From Vicinamibacterales bacterium (lineage in GTDB: Bacteria > Acidobacteriota > Vicinamibacteria > Vicinamibacterales > UBA8438): a stretch of DNA of 64,000 bases. Under the pieces are notes generated by a model. That model was not told the origin of the DNA. It searched no databases and worked only from the letters and a program-made list of their open reading frames with translations. Both the position numbers and the translations under genes were made by a program. Location: assembly GCA_965243615.1 (NCBI GenBank), contig CBDEVO010000003.1:3347141-3411140 (forward strand), written 5' to 3'. Positions 1 to 8,298 of this stretch are shown in pieces. The stretch's first letter is position 1, and every line of letters starts with the position of its first letter.

Positions 1-6
1 GTCGCG

Positions 7-2931
7 TTGGCCGGTCTGCTCTGCTGGCTGGCGGCGGTCTGCGTCGGCGCCCAGGGCGTTTCGTCCGAGGCGGTGGTCGTCACCGAGTTCGTCAACATCA
101 GCGGCGCGCCTGCCGACGAGTGGTTCCGTGCCCGCGTCGGCGGCTCCCCGAGTGCGCGCCCCGTGGCTGGTGCAGCCGCGACGTCCGACGCGGTTCTCGT
201 CGAGGCGGGCCGGGCCGCCGGGGCGCGCTGGGTGGTCGGCGGCGGCTACCAGCGGCTGGGTGATCGGCTGCGCATCACCGCGAGGCTTGTCGAGGTGCGC
301 ACGGCGGCCGTAGTCTCCGCGACGGTGGTGGACGGCGCTGCCGGCGATCTCTTCGCGCTTCAGGACAGGGTGGCCGCGGATCTGCTCGCGGCCGCGGGCT
401 CCGACGCTTCGGGCAGCCCCGTCGCGCGGCCGGCGGCCGGCCGGCGACCAGGGCCTTTCGAGTTCGGAGAGGGAGCGTTCCCGCCGCGGCCTCCGGCCGG
501 CCGCGGGCCGATCGAGCCGAGGCGGGCGGAACCCGCAGGCCGGCTGCCGGCGTTGCCGCGGGGGGGGCGGCCGGCCGGCGCCTCGAACCCGCCCGCAGCC
601 AGCGCCGCGCCGCCGCCCGCGGCCACTGCGGCGCCGGCGCCCGCGGGCGCGGCCGGGTTCGAGGCGCCGCGCTTCGCGCCGGGCGTCATCGACGGACCGC
701 CGCCACCGTTCCCGCCCGAGGTCATCCGCCGCGACGACCAGGGCAACGCCACCATCCGCGCCGTCGAGCTGCCTGAAGGCATCCGGCTCGACGGGCAGCT
801 CGACGAGAACGTCTACTTCACGGTGCCCGCCATCACCGGCTTCATCCAGCAGTCGCCCGACGAGGGCGCCCCCGCCACCGAGGAGACCGAGGCCTGGATT
901 CTGTTCGACGACGACAACATCTATGTCGCGGCGCGCGTGTGGGACTCGGCCCCGCCCAGCCAGTGGGTCGCCAACGAGATGCGCCGCGACACGCGGCAGC
1001 TCCGGCAGAACGACACCTTCGCGGTCATCCTCGACACCTTCTACGACCGCCGGAACGGGGTGGCGTTCTACACCAACGCCCTCGGCGCGCTGGCCGACTT
1101 CCAGATCACCAACGAGGGCAACCCCAACAGCGACTGGAACCCCATCTGGGACGTCCGCACCGGCCGCTTCGCGGGGGGCTGGACGGTCGAGATGGAGATT
1201 CCGTTCAAGTCCCTCCGGTACCGCCCGGGGCCCTCGCAGATCTGGGGGGTGCAGCTCCGGCGCAACGTGCGGCGCAAGAACGAGTGGGCCTACATCACGG
1301 CCCTGCCGATCTCGGCCGGGTCGGGGCCGGGCGGCATCTTTCGCGTCTCGGACGCGGGGACCCTGGTCGGGCTCGACGCCCCGAGCGGCAGCGCCAACTT
1401 GGAGATCAAGCCGTACGGCATCGGCGGCATCAGCACCAACCTCGCCGCGTCGGAGCCCACCGTCAACGCCGGCAGTGGTGACGGCGGCCTCGACGTGAAG
1501 TACGGCATCACCCAGAACTTGACCGCCGATTTCACGTACAACACCGACTTCGCCCAGGTCGAGGTGGACGAGCAGCAGGTGAACCTGACCCGGTTCAGCC
1601 TGTTCTTCCCCGAGAAGCGCGAGTTCTTCCTCGAGGGCCGCGGCATCTTCGGCTTCGCCCGAGGCGGCCTCGCCGGCGGCTTCGGCGGGGCCCTGCGCCG
1701 GGGCGGGCAGGGCGGCGGCTTCTTCGGTGGCGGCAATGCGCCGACCCTGTTCTACAGCCGGCAGATCGGCTTGCAGAACCGGACCGTGGTGCCGATAGTC
1801 GGCGGGGGCCGGGTCACCGGCAAGATCGGCGCGTTCGACGTCGGGTTGCTGAACATCCAGGCCGACGAGCACGCGGCGGCCGCGGCGGAGAGGACCAACT
1901 TCACCGTCGTGCGGCTGAGGCGCGACATTCTGCGCCGCAGCAGTATCGGCGGGATCTTCACGAACCGATCGGTCTCGCTGCTCGGCGACGGCTCGAGCCA
2001 GGCCTACGGGGCGGACGCGACGTTCTCCTTCTACGAGAACGTGAGCCTGCTGGCCTACGCGGCCCGCACGCAGACCCCGGGAAACGACGGGCAGGACCTG
2101 AGCTACCAGGGCCGCTTCAACTACGCTGGCGACCTCTACGGGTTTCAGGCCGAGCACCTGGTCGTCGAGGACAACTTCATCCCCGAGGTCGGCTTCCTGC
2201 GACGCGACAACTTCCGCCGCTCCTACGGGACGGCGCGCTACAGCCCCCGGCCCCGGTCGCTCGCCGGCATCCGGCAGTTCCGTTTGGAGGGGAGCTACGA
2301 CTACATCGAGACCGCCGACCTCGGCATCGTCGAGACGCGGCAGTCGCAGTTGGCGTTCGCGACCGAGCTCGAGAACAGCGACCGGTTCGGTGTCTCGGTG
2401 GCCGACAACTTCGAGTTCCTGCACCGCGAGTTCACCCCGGGGCCCGACGAAGTGGCCTTCCCGGTCGGCGGCTACCAGTTCTTCGACGTCGAGGGCACGT
2501 ACTCGCCGGGCGCGCAGCGCCGGTTGAACGGGACCTTCACGGTGCGCGCCGGCGACTACTTCAACGGCACCATCCGCTTGGTCGGCTTCAGCCGCGGGCG
2601 CATGGAGGTGACCCAGCGGCTTTCGCTCGAGCCGAGCGTGTCGGTCAACTGGATCGACTCGCCGCAGGGCTCGTTCCGCACCGACCTGCTCGTGTCGCGG
2701 GTGAACTTCTCCTTCACGCCCCGCATGTTCTTCAGCGGCCTGATCCAGTACAACTCGAGCACCAACACCGTCAGCAACAACCTCCGCCTCCGCTGGGAGT
2801 ACCAGCCGGGCAGCGAGCTCTTCGTGGTCTACACCGAGGACCGCGAGACCGACCCCCTGCGCCCAGACCGCTTCTCGGAGCTCCGCAACCGCGGGTTCGT
2901 GGTCAAGGTGAACCGGCTGTTCCGCTTCTAG
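7..2931 (+). CDS. Secreted/outer-membrane protein: N-terminal TolB_N/FlgO-like domain, Pro/Ala-rich linker, CBM9-like sugar-binding domain and DUF5916 beta-barrel
   Basis: 974-aa ORF. GARWVVGGGYQRLGDRLRITARLV is TolB_N/FlgO-like; IRLDGQLDE, WxVEMEIPFKSLRY and NTDFAQVEVDEQQVNLTRFSLFFPEKREFFLEG are typical of DUF5916 proteins; C-terminal Phe. Start is near the window edge and uncertain. Confidence 0.8.
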   Translation: MAGLLCWLAAVCVGAQGVSSEAVVVTEFVNISGAPADEWFRARVGGSPSARPVAGAAATSDAVLVEAGRAAGARWVVGGGYQRLGDRLRITARLVEVRTAAVVSATVVDGAAGDLFALQDRVAADLLAAAGSDASGSPVARPAAGRRPGPFEFGEGAFPPRPPAGRGPIEPRRAEPAGRLPALPRGGRPAGASNPPAASAAPPPAATAAPAPAGAAGFEAPRFAPGVIDGPPPPFPPEVIRRDDQGNATIRAVELPEGIRLDGQLDENVYFTVPAITGFIQQSPDEGAPATEETEAWILFDDDNIYVAARVWDSAPPSQWVANEMRRDTRQLRQNDTFAVILDTFYDRRNGVAFYTNALGALADFQITNEGNPNSDWNPIWDVRTGRFAGGWTVEMEIPFKSLRYRPGPSQIWGVQLRRNVRRKNEWAYITALPISAGSGPGGIFRVSDAGTLVGLDAPSGSANLEIKPYGIGGISTNLAASEPTVNAGSGDGGLDVKYGITQNLTADFTYNTDFAQVEVDEQQVNLTRFSLFFPEKREFFLEGRGIFGFARGGLAGGFGGALRRGGQGGGFFGGGNAPTLFYSRQIGLQNRTVVPIVGGGRVTGKIGAFDVGLLNIQADEHAAAAAERTNFTVVRLRRDILRRSSIGGIFTNRSVSLLGDGSSQAYGADATFSFYENVSLLAYAARTQTPGNDGQDLSYQGRFNYAGDLYGFQAEHLVVEDNFIPEVGFLRRDNFRRSYGTARYSPRPRSLAGIRQFRLEGSYDYIETADLGIVETRQSQLAFATELENSDRFGVSVADNFEFLHREFTPGPDEVAFPVGGYQFFDVEGTYSPGAQRRLNGTFTVRAGDYFNGTIRLVGFSRGRMEVTQRLSLEPSVSVNWIDSPQGSFRTDLLVSRVNFSFTPRMFFSGLIQYNSSTNTVSNNLRLRWEYQPGSELFVVYTEDRETDPLRPDRFSELRNRGFVVKVNRLFRF

Positions 2932-3052
2932 CGCGACATCACGGACACTGCGCGTTCGCCCGGCAGCCCGCGGTGGAACCCGCGTTGTACCGAGAGCAGC
3001 GAGGCGCTCGGGCTGGGCGGCGCCCGTGCGCCGGTCCCAGCGGTACGCGGGG

Positions 3053-3058
3053 TATGAT
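3053..3058 (+). promoter_or_regulatory. Putative -10 box (TATGAT), probably a leaderless promoter of the methyltransferase remnant
   Basis: TATGAT lies 5 nt upstream of ATG 3064; no Shine-Dalgarno sequence in between. Confidence 0.4.
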
Positions 3059-3063
3059 GCGGA

Positions 3064-3244
3064 ATGCGGCGATTGGACTACGACGAGATCGCCCGCGCCG
3101 TACGACGAGCCCTCACGTGATCACGACGTGGACCCGGCGCTGACTGCCTTCGTGGACGAGGCACCCTCCATCGAGGCTTCGCAGGTGAGCGTTGTCGATG
3201 TCGGCTGCGGAGCCGGAAAGCAGCTCCTCGCCAATCGTGTCGCA
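3064..3244 (+). pseudogene. 5' remnant of a class I SAM-dependent methyltransferase, frameshifted and fused in frame to the TonB receptor
   Basis: ATG at 3064 reads MRRLDYDEIARA. After a one-base shift near 3100 it continues YDEPSRDHDVDPALTAF...VVDVGCGAGKQLLANR (SAM-binding motif I) and runs into the receptor signal peptide. Confidence 0.65.
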
Positions 3245-6200
3245 ATGCCGGGCGCCATCGCGCGTTGCTGCGCCGTGGCCTTGCTGGCCATGATGCCGGC
3301 AGTACCCGCTGTCGCGCAGACGACGGCGGACATCGTCGGTCGCGTGACCGACGCTTCGCGAGGCGTCCTTCCCGGCGTGACGGTGAACATCGAGAACGAG
3401 GGCACCGGCGACGCGCGCACGGCGCCCACCGACACCACCGGCGACTATGCGTTCAACTTGCTTCCGCCCGGCACCTACACGGTGACGATAGAACTCGACG
3501 GCTTCGGCTCCGAAACCCGCCGCGTCACGTTGTCGTCGGGCGACCGGGCCAGACTCGATGCGCAACTGGAGATCGGCGGCGTGACCGAAACCGTCACCGT
3601 CGCGGCCGAAGCGCCGCTGCTTCAGACCGAGACCTCGACCGTCTCGGCGCTCGTCGATGATCAGCTCGTGCAGGACCTGCCCGTCAACGGCCGGAACTTC
3701 GTCGAGCTCGTGCAGACGGTGCCTGGTGCAAACGCCGGTCTGCCGAACTCGCTCGCCAGCGGCACGAGGCCCGACGACCGCCGCAATACGTCGGCCATCT
3801 CGGTCAACGGCGCCCAGGACAACCAGAACAATCACATGATCGACGGCATGGACAACAACGAGCGGCAGATCGGCACGATCGGCGTGAAGCCGTCGATCGA
3901 GGCCATCGCCGAGGTGCGCGTCCAGACCAACAACTACACGGCCGAGGTCGGCCGGACGGCCGGCGGCGTCATCAACGTCATCACGAAGTCGGGCACGAAC
4001 GTCTTCAGCGGCTCGTTGTTCGGTTACGTCCGCAACGACCGGTTCGACTCGCAGGACTTCTTCGCCACGACCAGGCCCACGCTCGAGCAATACCAGGCGG
4101 GCGGCAGCATCGGCGGCCCGATTGCCCCGAACCGGACTTTCTTCTTCGCGGATTTCGAGAACTTCGCCCATACGTCGGGCGTGACGAACGTGATCACGGT
4201 GCCGACGATGGCGATGCGCACCGGCGACTTCTCCGAGCTTCCCGTACAGATCCACGACCCGCTGACGCGCCTGCCGTTCCCCGGCAATCGGATCCCGGCG
4301 AGCCGGATGTCGCCGATCGCCCTGGCGCTGCTCGATCTGTACCCCGAGCCCACCAGTGCTGGCCTGTCGGCCAACTACGCCAGCGTGACCGACCGCACGC
4401 AGGACACCAGGACGGCGGATTTCCGGGTCGACCATCGCTTCGACGGCAACAACCAGATGTTCGTGCGGTACTCCTGGAACGACGCAGACGTCTACACGCC
4501 GTCGGCCTGCCCGATCGCCGACGGCATCGACCCGGGGTGCTCCGGCGGGGGCACCGCCTGGCCGGGCCCGAACGTCACCAGGGCGCACGGCGTGCAGGTG
4601 AACTACACCCGCGTGTTCAGCCCGTCGTTCATCGCGGAGGTCCGCGGCGGTCACCTCAAGGTCGACCTGCTGTCGCTACCGGTCAACTACGGACAGGCGC
4701 TGACCAGCCGGTTCGGCATCCCCAACGGCAACATCGAGGGCGACGACATCACCTCGGGACTCGTACCGCTACGGTTCGACGGCTACTCGGGGCTGGGGGC
4801 CTCGAACTGGATCCCGCTGGGCCAGATCGACGACACCACCCAGCTCAACCTCACGCTGACCAGGGCCGCGGGCGAGCACAACGTGCGGTTCGGCGGCGGG
4901 GTCATCCTGCGCGAGTACTCGGTGTTCCAGAGCGAGCAGGCGATCGGCCAGTTCGAGTTCTCGGCGCTCGAGACCGGCAACGGCGCCGGCGCCGGCGGCG
5001 ACGCGATGGCCTCGTTCCTGCTCGGATTCCCCAACGTCGTCAGTCGCGCCCACGCGCTGGTGGTCCCGCGGTACCACACCAACGAGTACAGCCTGTTCGT
5101 CCAGGACGACTGGCGCGCGAACGACCGGCTGACGCTCAACCTGGGTCTGCGGTACGACGTCTTCACGCCGCTTCGGGAGGAGACCAACCGGATCTCGAAC
5201 TTCGACCCGGTCACCGCGCAGATCATCGTTCCCGGACAGGACGGCGTCTCGGAGACTGCGGGCATCGCGACCGACTACTCCAATCTCGCCCCCCGGCTGG
5301 GATTCGCGGCGTCGCTGAGCGACTCTCTGGTCCTCCGCGGCGGGTACGGCCTGTCGTACTTCCCGGGCAACATCACGAGCGACGCGACCATGAAGAACGC
5401 GCCGTTCATCAGCAACCAGCAGTTCCAGAACAGCACGTCGGGCGTGCCCGCGTTACGGCTCGGCGACGGTCTGCCGACGCCGGAACCCACGGACCACCTC
5501 GACCCGACCGGCAACATCGGCGCCGTCGCGCTCGACTTCCGGTCGACGCGGGTGCAGCAGCTCAACGCGATTCTCGAGCGGCAGATCGGCCACAACGTGG
5601 CGGGCATCGGCTATGTCGGCTCGCGCGGCGATTTCGTCGCCGGTCGGATCAACCTGAACCTGCCTCCGGTGGGCGCCGGCGACATCTCTGCCCGGCGCCC
5701 GTACGCCGCGCAACTGCCCGGGGTGAGCAACATCAGGGTCTTCTCGTCGGCCTTCGAGTCGCAGTACGACTCGATGCAGCTCGTGTTCCAACGCCGCCCG
5801 GTCGGCGGGCTGGGCTTCAGCTTCAATTACACGCTGGCGCACAACCAGCGAACCGACGGAGCACCCTGGGACGAGAGCGTGATCGAGAAGTTCGCCGCGG
5901 ACAACGACGTCCGGCATCGCGTGGTGCTCTCGGTGACCTACGAGATGCCGTACCATGCGACTGGCGCCGCCGGGGTGCTGCTGAGCGACTGGCAGGTCAA
6001 CGGCATCGCCTACTGGCAGTCGGGGCGGCCATTCAACGTGCAGAACGCTTCGTCCCGCACCAACACCGGCGCGCGCGGCGACCGCCCCAATCTCGTGGGC
6101 CCGGCGCAACTCTCCAACCCGACCTACGAGCGGTGGCTCAGCCCCGACGCGTTCGAGCCGCAGCCGATCGACACGGTCGCAACCAACATGCCTGGACGCA

Positions 6201-6424
6201 ACGGGTTCCGCGGCCCCTCCCGGAGCCAGGTGGATCTCTCGATCTTCCGGACGATTCGGGCCGACGATGTCGACCTGCAGCTCCGCTACGAGGTCTATAA
6301 CCTGTTCAACCGTGTGAACTTCGACAACCCCAGCGGCGCCTTCGGCCTGCCGACGTTCGGCAGGATCACCGGCACCGTGGGTCCGCCGCGGCAGATGCAA
6401 TTCGCCGCGAAGCTGCTGTTCTAG
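3245..6424 (+). CDS. TonB-dependent receptor, Oar-like, with carboxypeptidase-regulatory-like N-terminal domain
   Basis: Signal peptide MPGAIARCCAVALLAMMPAVPAVAQ, then IVGRVTDASRGVLPGVTV, LPVNGRNF, YTAEVGRTAGGVINVITKSGTN, LFVQDDWR, LNLGLRYD; ends QFAAKLLF. The ORF track starts it at 3026; 3245 is the preferred start. Confidence 0.92.
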   Translation: MPGAIARCCAVALLAMMPAVPAVAQTTADIVGRVTDASRGVLPGVTVNIENEGTGDARTAPTDTTGDYAFNLLPPGTYTVTIELDGFGSETRRVTLSSGDRARLDAQLEIGGVTETVTVAAEAPLLQTETSTVSALVDDQLVQDLPVNGRNFVELVQTVPGANAGLPNSLASGTRPDDRRNTSAISVNGAQDNQNNHMIDGMDNNERQIGTIGVKPSIEAIAEVRVQTNNYTAEVGRTAGGVINVITKSGTNVFSGSLFGYVRNDRFDSQDFFATTRPTLEQYQAGGSIGGPIAPNRTFFFADFENFAHTSGVTNVITVPTMAMRTGDFSELPVQIHDPLTRLPFPGNRIPASRMSPIALALLDLYPEPTSAGLSANYASVTDRTQDTRTADFRVDHRFDGNNQMFVRYSWNDADVYTPSACPIADGIDPGCSGGGTAWPGPNVTRAHGVQVNYTRVFSPSFIAEVRGGHLKVDLLSLPVNYGQALTSRFGIPNGNIEGDDITSGLVPLRFDGYSGLGASNWIPLGQIDDTTQLNLTLTRAAGEHNVRFGGGVILREYSVFQSEQAIGQFEFSALETGNGAGAGGDAMASFLLGFPNVVSRAHALVVPRYHTNEYSLFVQDDWRANDRLTLNLGLRYDVFTPLREETNRISNFDPVTAQIIVPGQDGVSETAGIATDYSNLAPRLGFAASLSDSLVLRGGYGLSYFPGNITSDATMKNAPFISNQQFQNSTSGVPALRLGDGLPTPEPTDHLDPTGNIGAVALDFRSTRVQQLNAILERQIGHNVAGIGYVGSRGDFVAGRINLNLPPVGAGDISARRPYAAQLPGVSNIRVFSSAFESQYDSMQLVFQRRPVGGLGFSFNYTLAHNQRTDGAPWDESVIEKFAADNDVRHRVVLSVTYEMPYHATGAAGVLLSDWQVNGIAYWQSGRPFNVQNASSRTNTGARGDRPNLVGPAQLSNPTYERWLSPDAFEPQPIDTVATNMPGRNGFRGPSRSQVDLSIFRTIRADDVDLQLRYEVYNLFNRVNFDNPSGAFGLPTFGRITGTVGPPRQMQFAAKLLF

Positions 6425-6541
6425 ACTAGGCTTGACCCCTTTCCTTCGACCCGACCTGGGCGGGCAAGAAAGCGCCGTCGCGCGCGACAACCCGGCAAGG
6501 GACCTGCGCCCGCATGTCGCGGCTGACGGTGACGCGCGCCC

Positions 6542-7675
6542 ATGAGATCAGGAAGCTCCCGGGTCTGCAACCGCTTCGGCCGCCGTGGCCCATGGCCCTT
6601 GGTTCGAGTACGATCCGTCCTCGTGTCTTTGGCTCCCCGGTGCGACGCCGTCCCGAGCGATGCAGGGATCGAAGCGTTGCTGCACGAGTCCCTCGTGAGC
6701 TGGCCCGAGGTGTCTCCGGTCGCGGTGCGAGAGGTCGTCGAATCGACTCAAGGGGTTGAGGCAGCGATTCTGGCGGTCGCCGTGGCCGGTTCGAGTCTGG
6801 GCCGGCGCGATCTCACGGAGCAGGTCATCGACGCGTTGTCGGAAGCGATCACCGGCACGTACCCCGCTTGGCTTCCGGAGGCGGGACGCCTCGCGGGGCC
6901 CGGTGGCGCGGGCTTGTCGGCGTTGCGCGCGATGTGCGAGCGATCCGCGGCCAGCAGCGACTTGTTCGGCCCGTTCCTCCTCGCGGCCGCGGAGGCGTCG
7001 CTGTGCGGGCGGCCGCTCGCGGTGGCGGAGTTCGCGCGAGAGACGGCCGTGCGTCAGGCCCGGAAGCTGATCCTGCGCGCCTACGGGTATGAACGAGTCG
7101 TCGTGATGGTCGAGCTGACGGGTACGTGGAGCACCGCGCAGATCGAGGCCGCGGAAGCGGACGCGCTCTGGCTGGCCGGGCCCGGAGAGCTCGGCGTCTG
7201 GCTCTTCGGGAGCCCGACCGCCCGCATGACGCGAGTGCCGCGCTCTTCGCTCCGCGACCGGATGCCGGCGTCGGAGCCGCCGGCTGCGCGCCACGCCCCC
7301 TACCTGACGCCGCTACGAGGGCGGCCCAACCCGTTCAGCCGGGCCGAGCAGCGTCTCGAGGCGCATCTCGCCCGATCGTCGTGGGCAACCGGCCGCGCCT
7401 GGAACCGGACCTGGTCGTCGGGGGTCCTGGCCAATCCCATCCGGGTCGATCTCGTCTGGCGGCGGGAGAAGTGCGTCGTCGAGCTCGATGGACCCGACCA
7501 CCTCGACATGGACAAGTACGCCGCCGACCGTGCGCGCGACCGCGCGCTGCAGCGCGCAGGCTTCCTGGTTCTTCGCTACACGAACGACGAGGTGCTGAGT
7601 GACGTGGCCCGCGTTGTCGACGACCTCGAACGATTCTTGAAGGACCGGCGGCGGTCCACGGCAGGGGAGGCGTGA
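6542..7675 (+). CDS. DUF559 (Vsr-like PD-(D/E)xK) endonuclease-domain protein with uncharacterised N-terminal region
   Basis: C-terminal PNPFSRAEQRL...RVDLVW...VVELDGPDH...DRARDRALQRAGFLVLRYTNDEV. Start codon uncertain. Confidence 0.85.
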   Translation: MRSGSSRVCNRFGRRGPWPLVRVRSVLVSLAPRCDAVPSDAGIEALLHESLVSWPEVSPVAVREVVESTQGVEAAILAVAVAGSSLGRRDLTEQVIDALSEAITGTYPAWLPEAGRLAGPGGAGLSALRAMCERSAASSDLFGPFLLAAAEASLCGRPLAVAEFARETAVRQARKLILRAYGYERVVVMVELTGTWSTAQIEAAEADALWLAGPGELGVWLFGSPTARMTRVPRSSLRDRMPASEPPAARHAPYLTPLRGRPNPFSRAEQRLEAHLARSSWATGRAWNRTWSSGVLANPIRVDLVWRREKCVVELDGPDHLDMDKYAADRARDRALQRAGFLVLRYTNDEVLSDVARVVDDLERFLKDRRRSTAGEA

Positions 7676-7676
7676 G

Positions 7677-8294
7677 ATGGAGTACGGAATTCCGGAACGC
7701 GCCGTGATGATCGCCCTGATGGCGCTCAACAAGGAGACGCCGAACCCAGAGCTCAAGCGTCGCTACCGAATCGACGTGAGGAAGTCCGTTCGGGTGAAGC
7801 TCAACCGGGCGGGGCTCCTCCAGAGCCGCCGCCGGGGATCCAGGGGCTACGTCCACGAATTGACGGACGCCGGGTGGGCCTGGGCGGTGAACGAGCTCGA
7901 CGCACCGGTGCCGTTCCGGGCGCGCTCGGCCGCCGCCGGCGCGCTGTACGCGCTCCTCAACGGTCTGAAGGTTGCGCTCGACGCGCGGGGGATGCTGCTC
8001 CAGGACCTGTTCGCTCCCCGGGCCCCTGGATCTGCCGTTTTGCTCCGGGACCGGATTCGGCGGACCTACCGCAGTCTCGCGCGCCGGCCGCGCGACTGGG
8101 TGGAGCTGCGCGACCTCCGGGCGCAGCTCGGCGATTGGCCTCGCCGCGAGGTGGACCAGGAGCTCGTCCGGATGTTCCGCGAGAAGGACGTGAGTCTCAC
8201 GCTGCACGAGGACCGCGGCCGGCTCACGCAGGCCGACCGGGACGCGGCGCTTCGGCTCGGCGTGGACGACATGCACCTGATCAGCATGGAGTGA
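7677..8294 (+). CDS. Hypothetical protein with two predicted winged-helix-like domains
   Basis: 205 aa, starting 1 nt after the upstream stop. N-half KLNRAGLLQSRRRGSRGYVHELTDAGW resembles a wHTH wing; C-half WVELRDLRAQL...EVDQEL resembles a second wHTH. Confidence 0.65.
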   Translation: MEYGIPERAVMIALMALNKETPNPELKRRYRIDVRKSVRVKLNRAGLLQSRRRGSRGYVHELTDAGWAWAVNELDAPVPFRARSAAAGALYALLNGLKVALDARGMLLQDLFAPRAPGSAVLLRDRIRRTYRSLARRPRDWVELRDLRAQLGDWPRREVDQELVRMFREKDVSLTLHEDRGRLTQADRDAALRLGVDDMHLISME

Positions 8295-8298
8295 GGCT

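Noticed and set aside
3026-6424. Functional methyltransferase-TonB receptor fusion protein
   Set aside because: Only motif I of the methyltransferase is present, its own start is out of frame, and a normal signal peptide begins at 3245.
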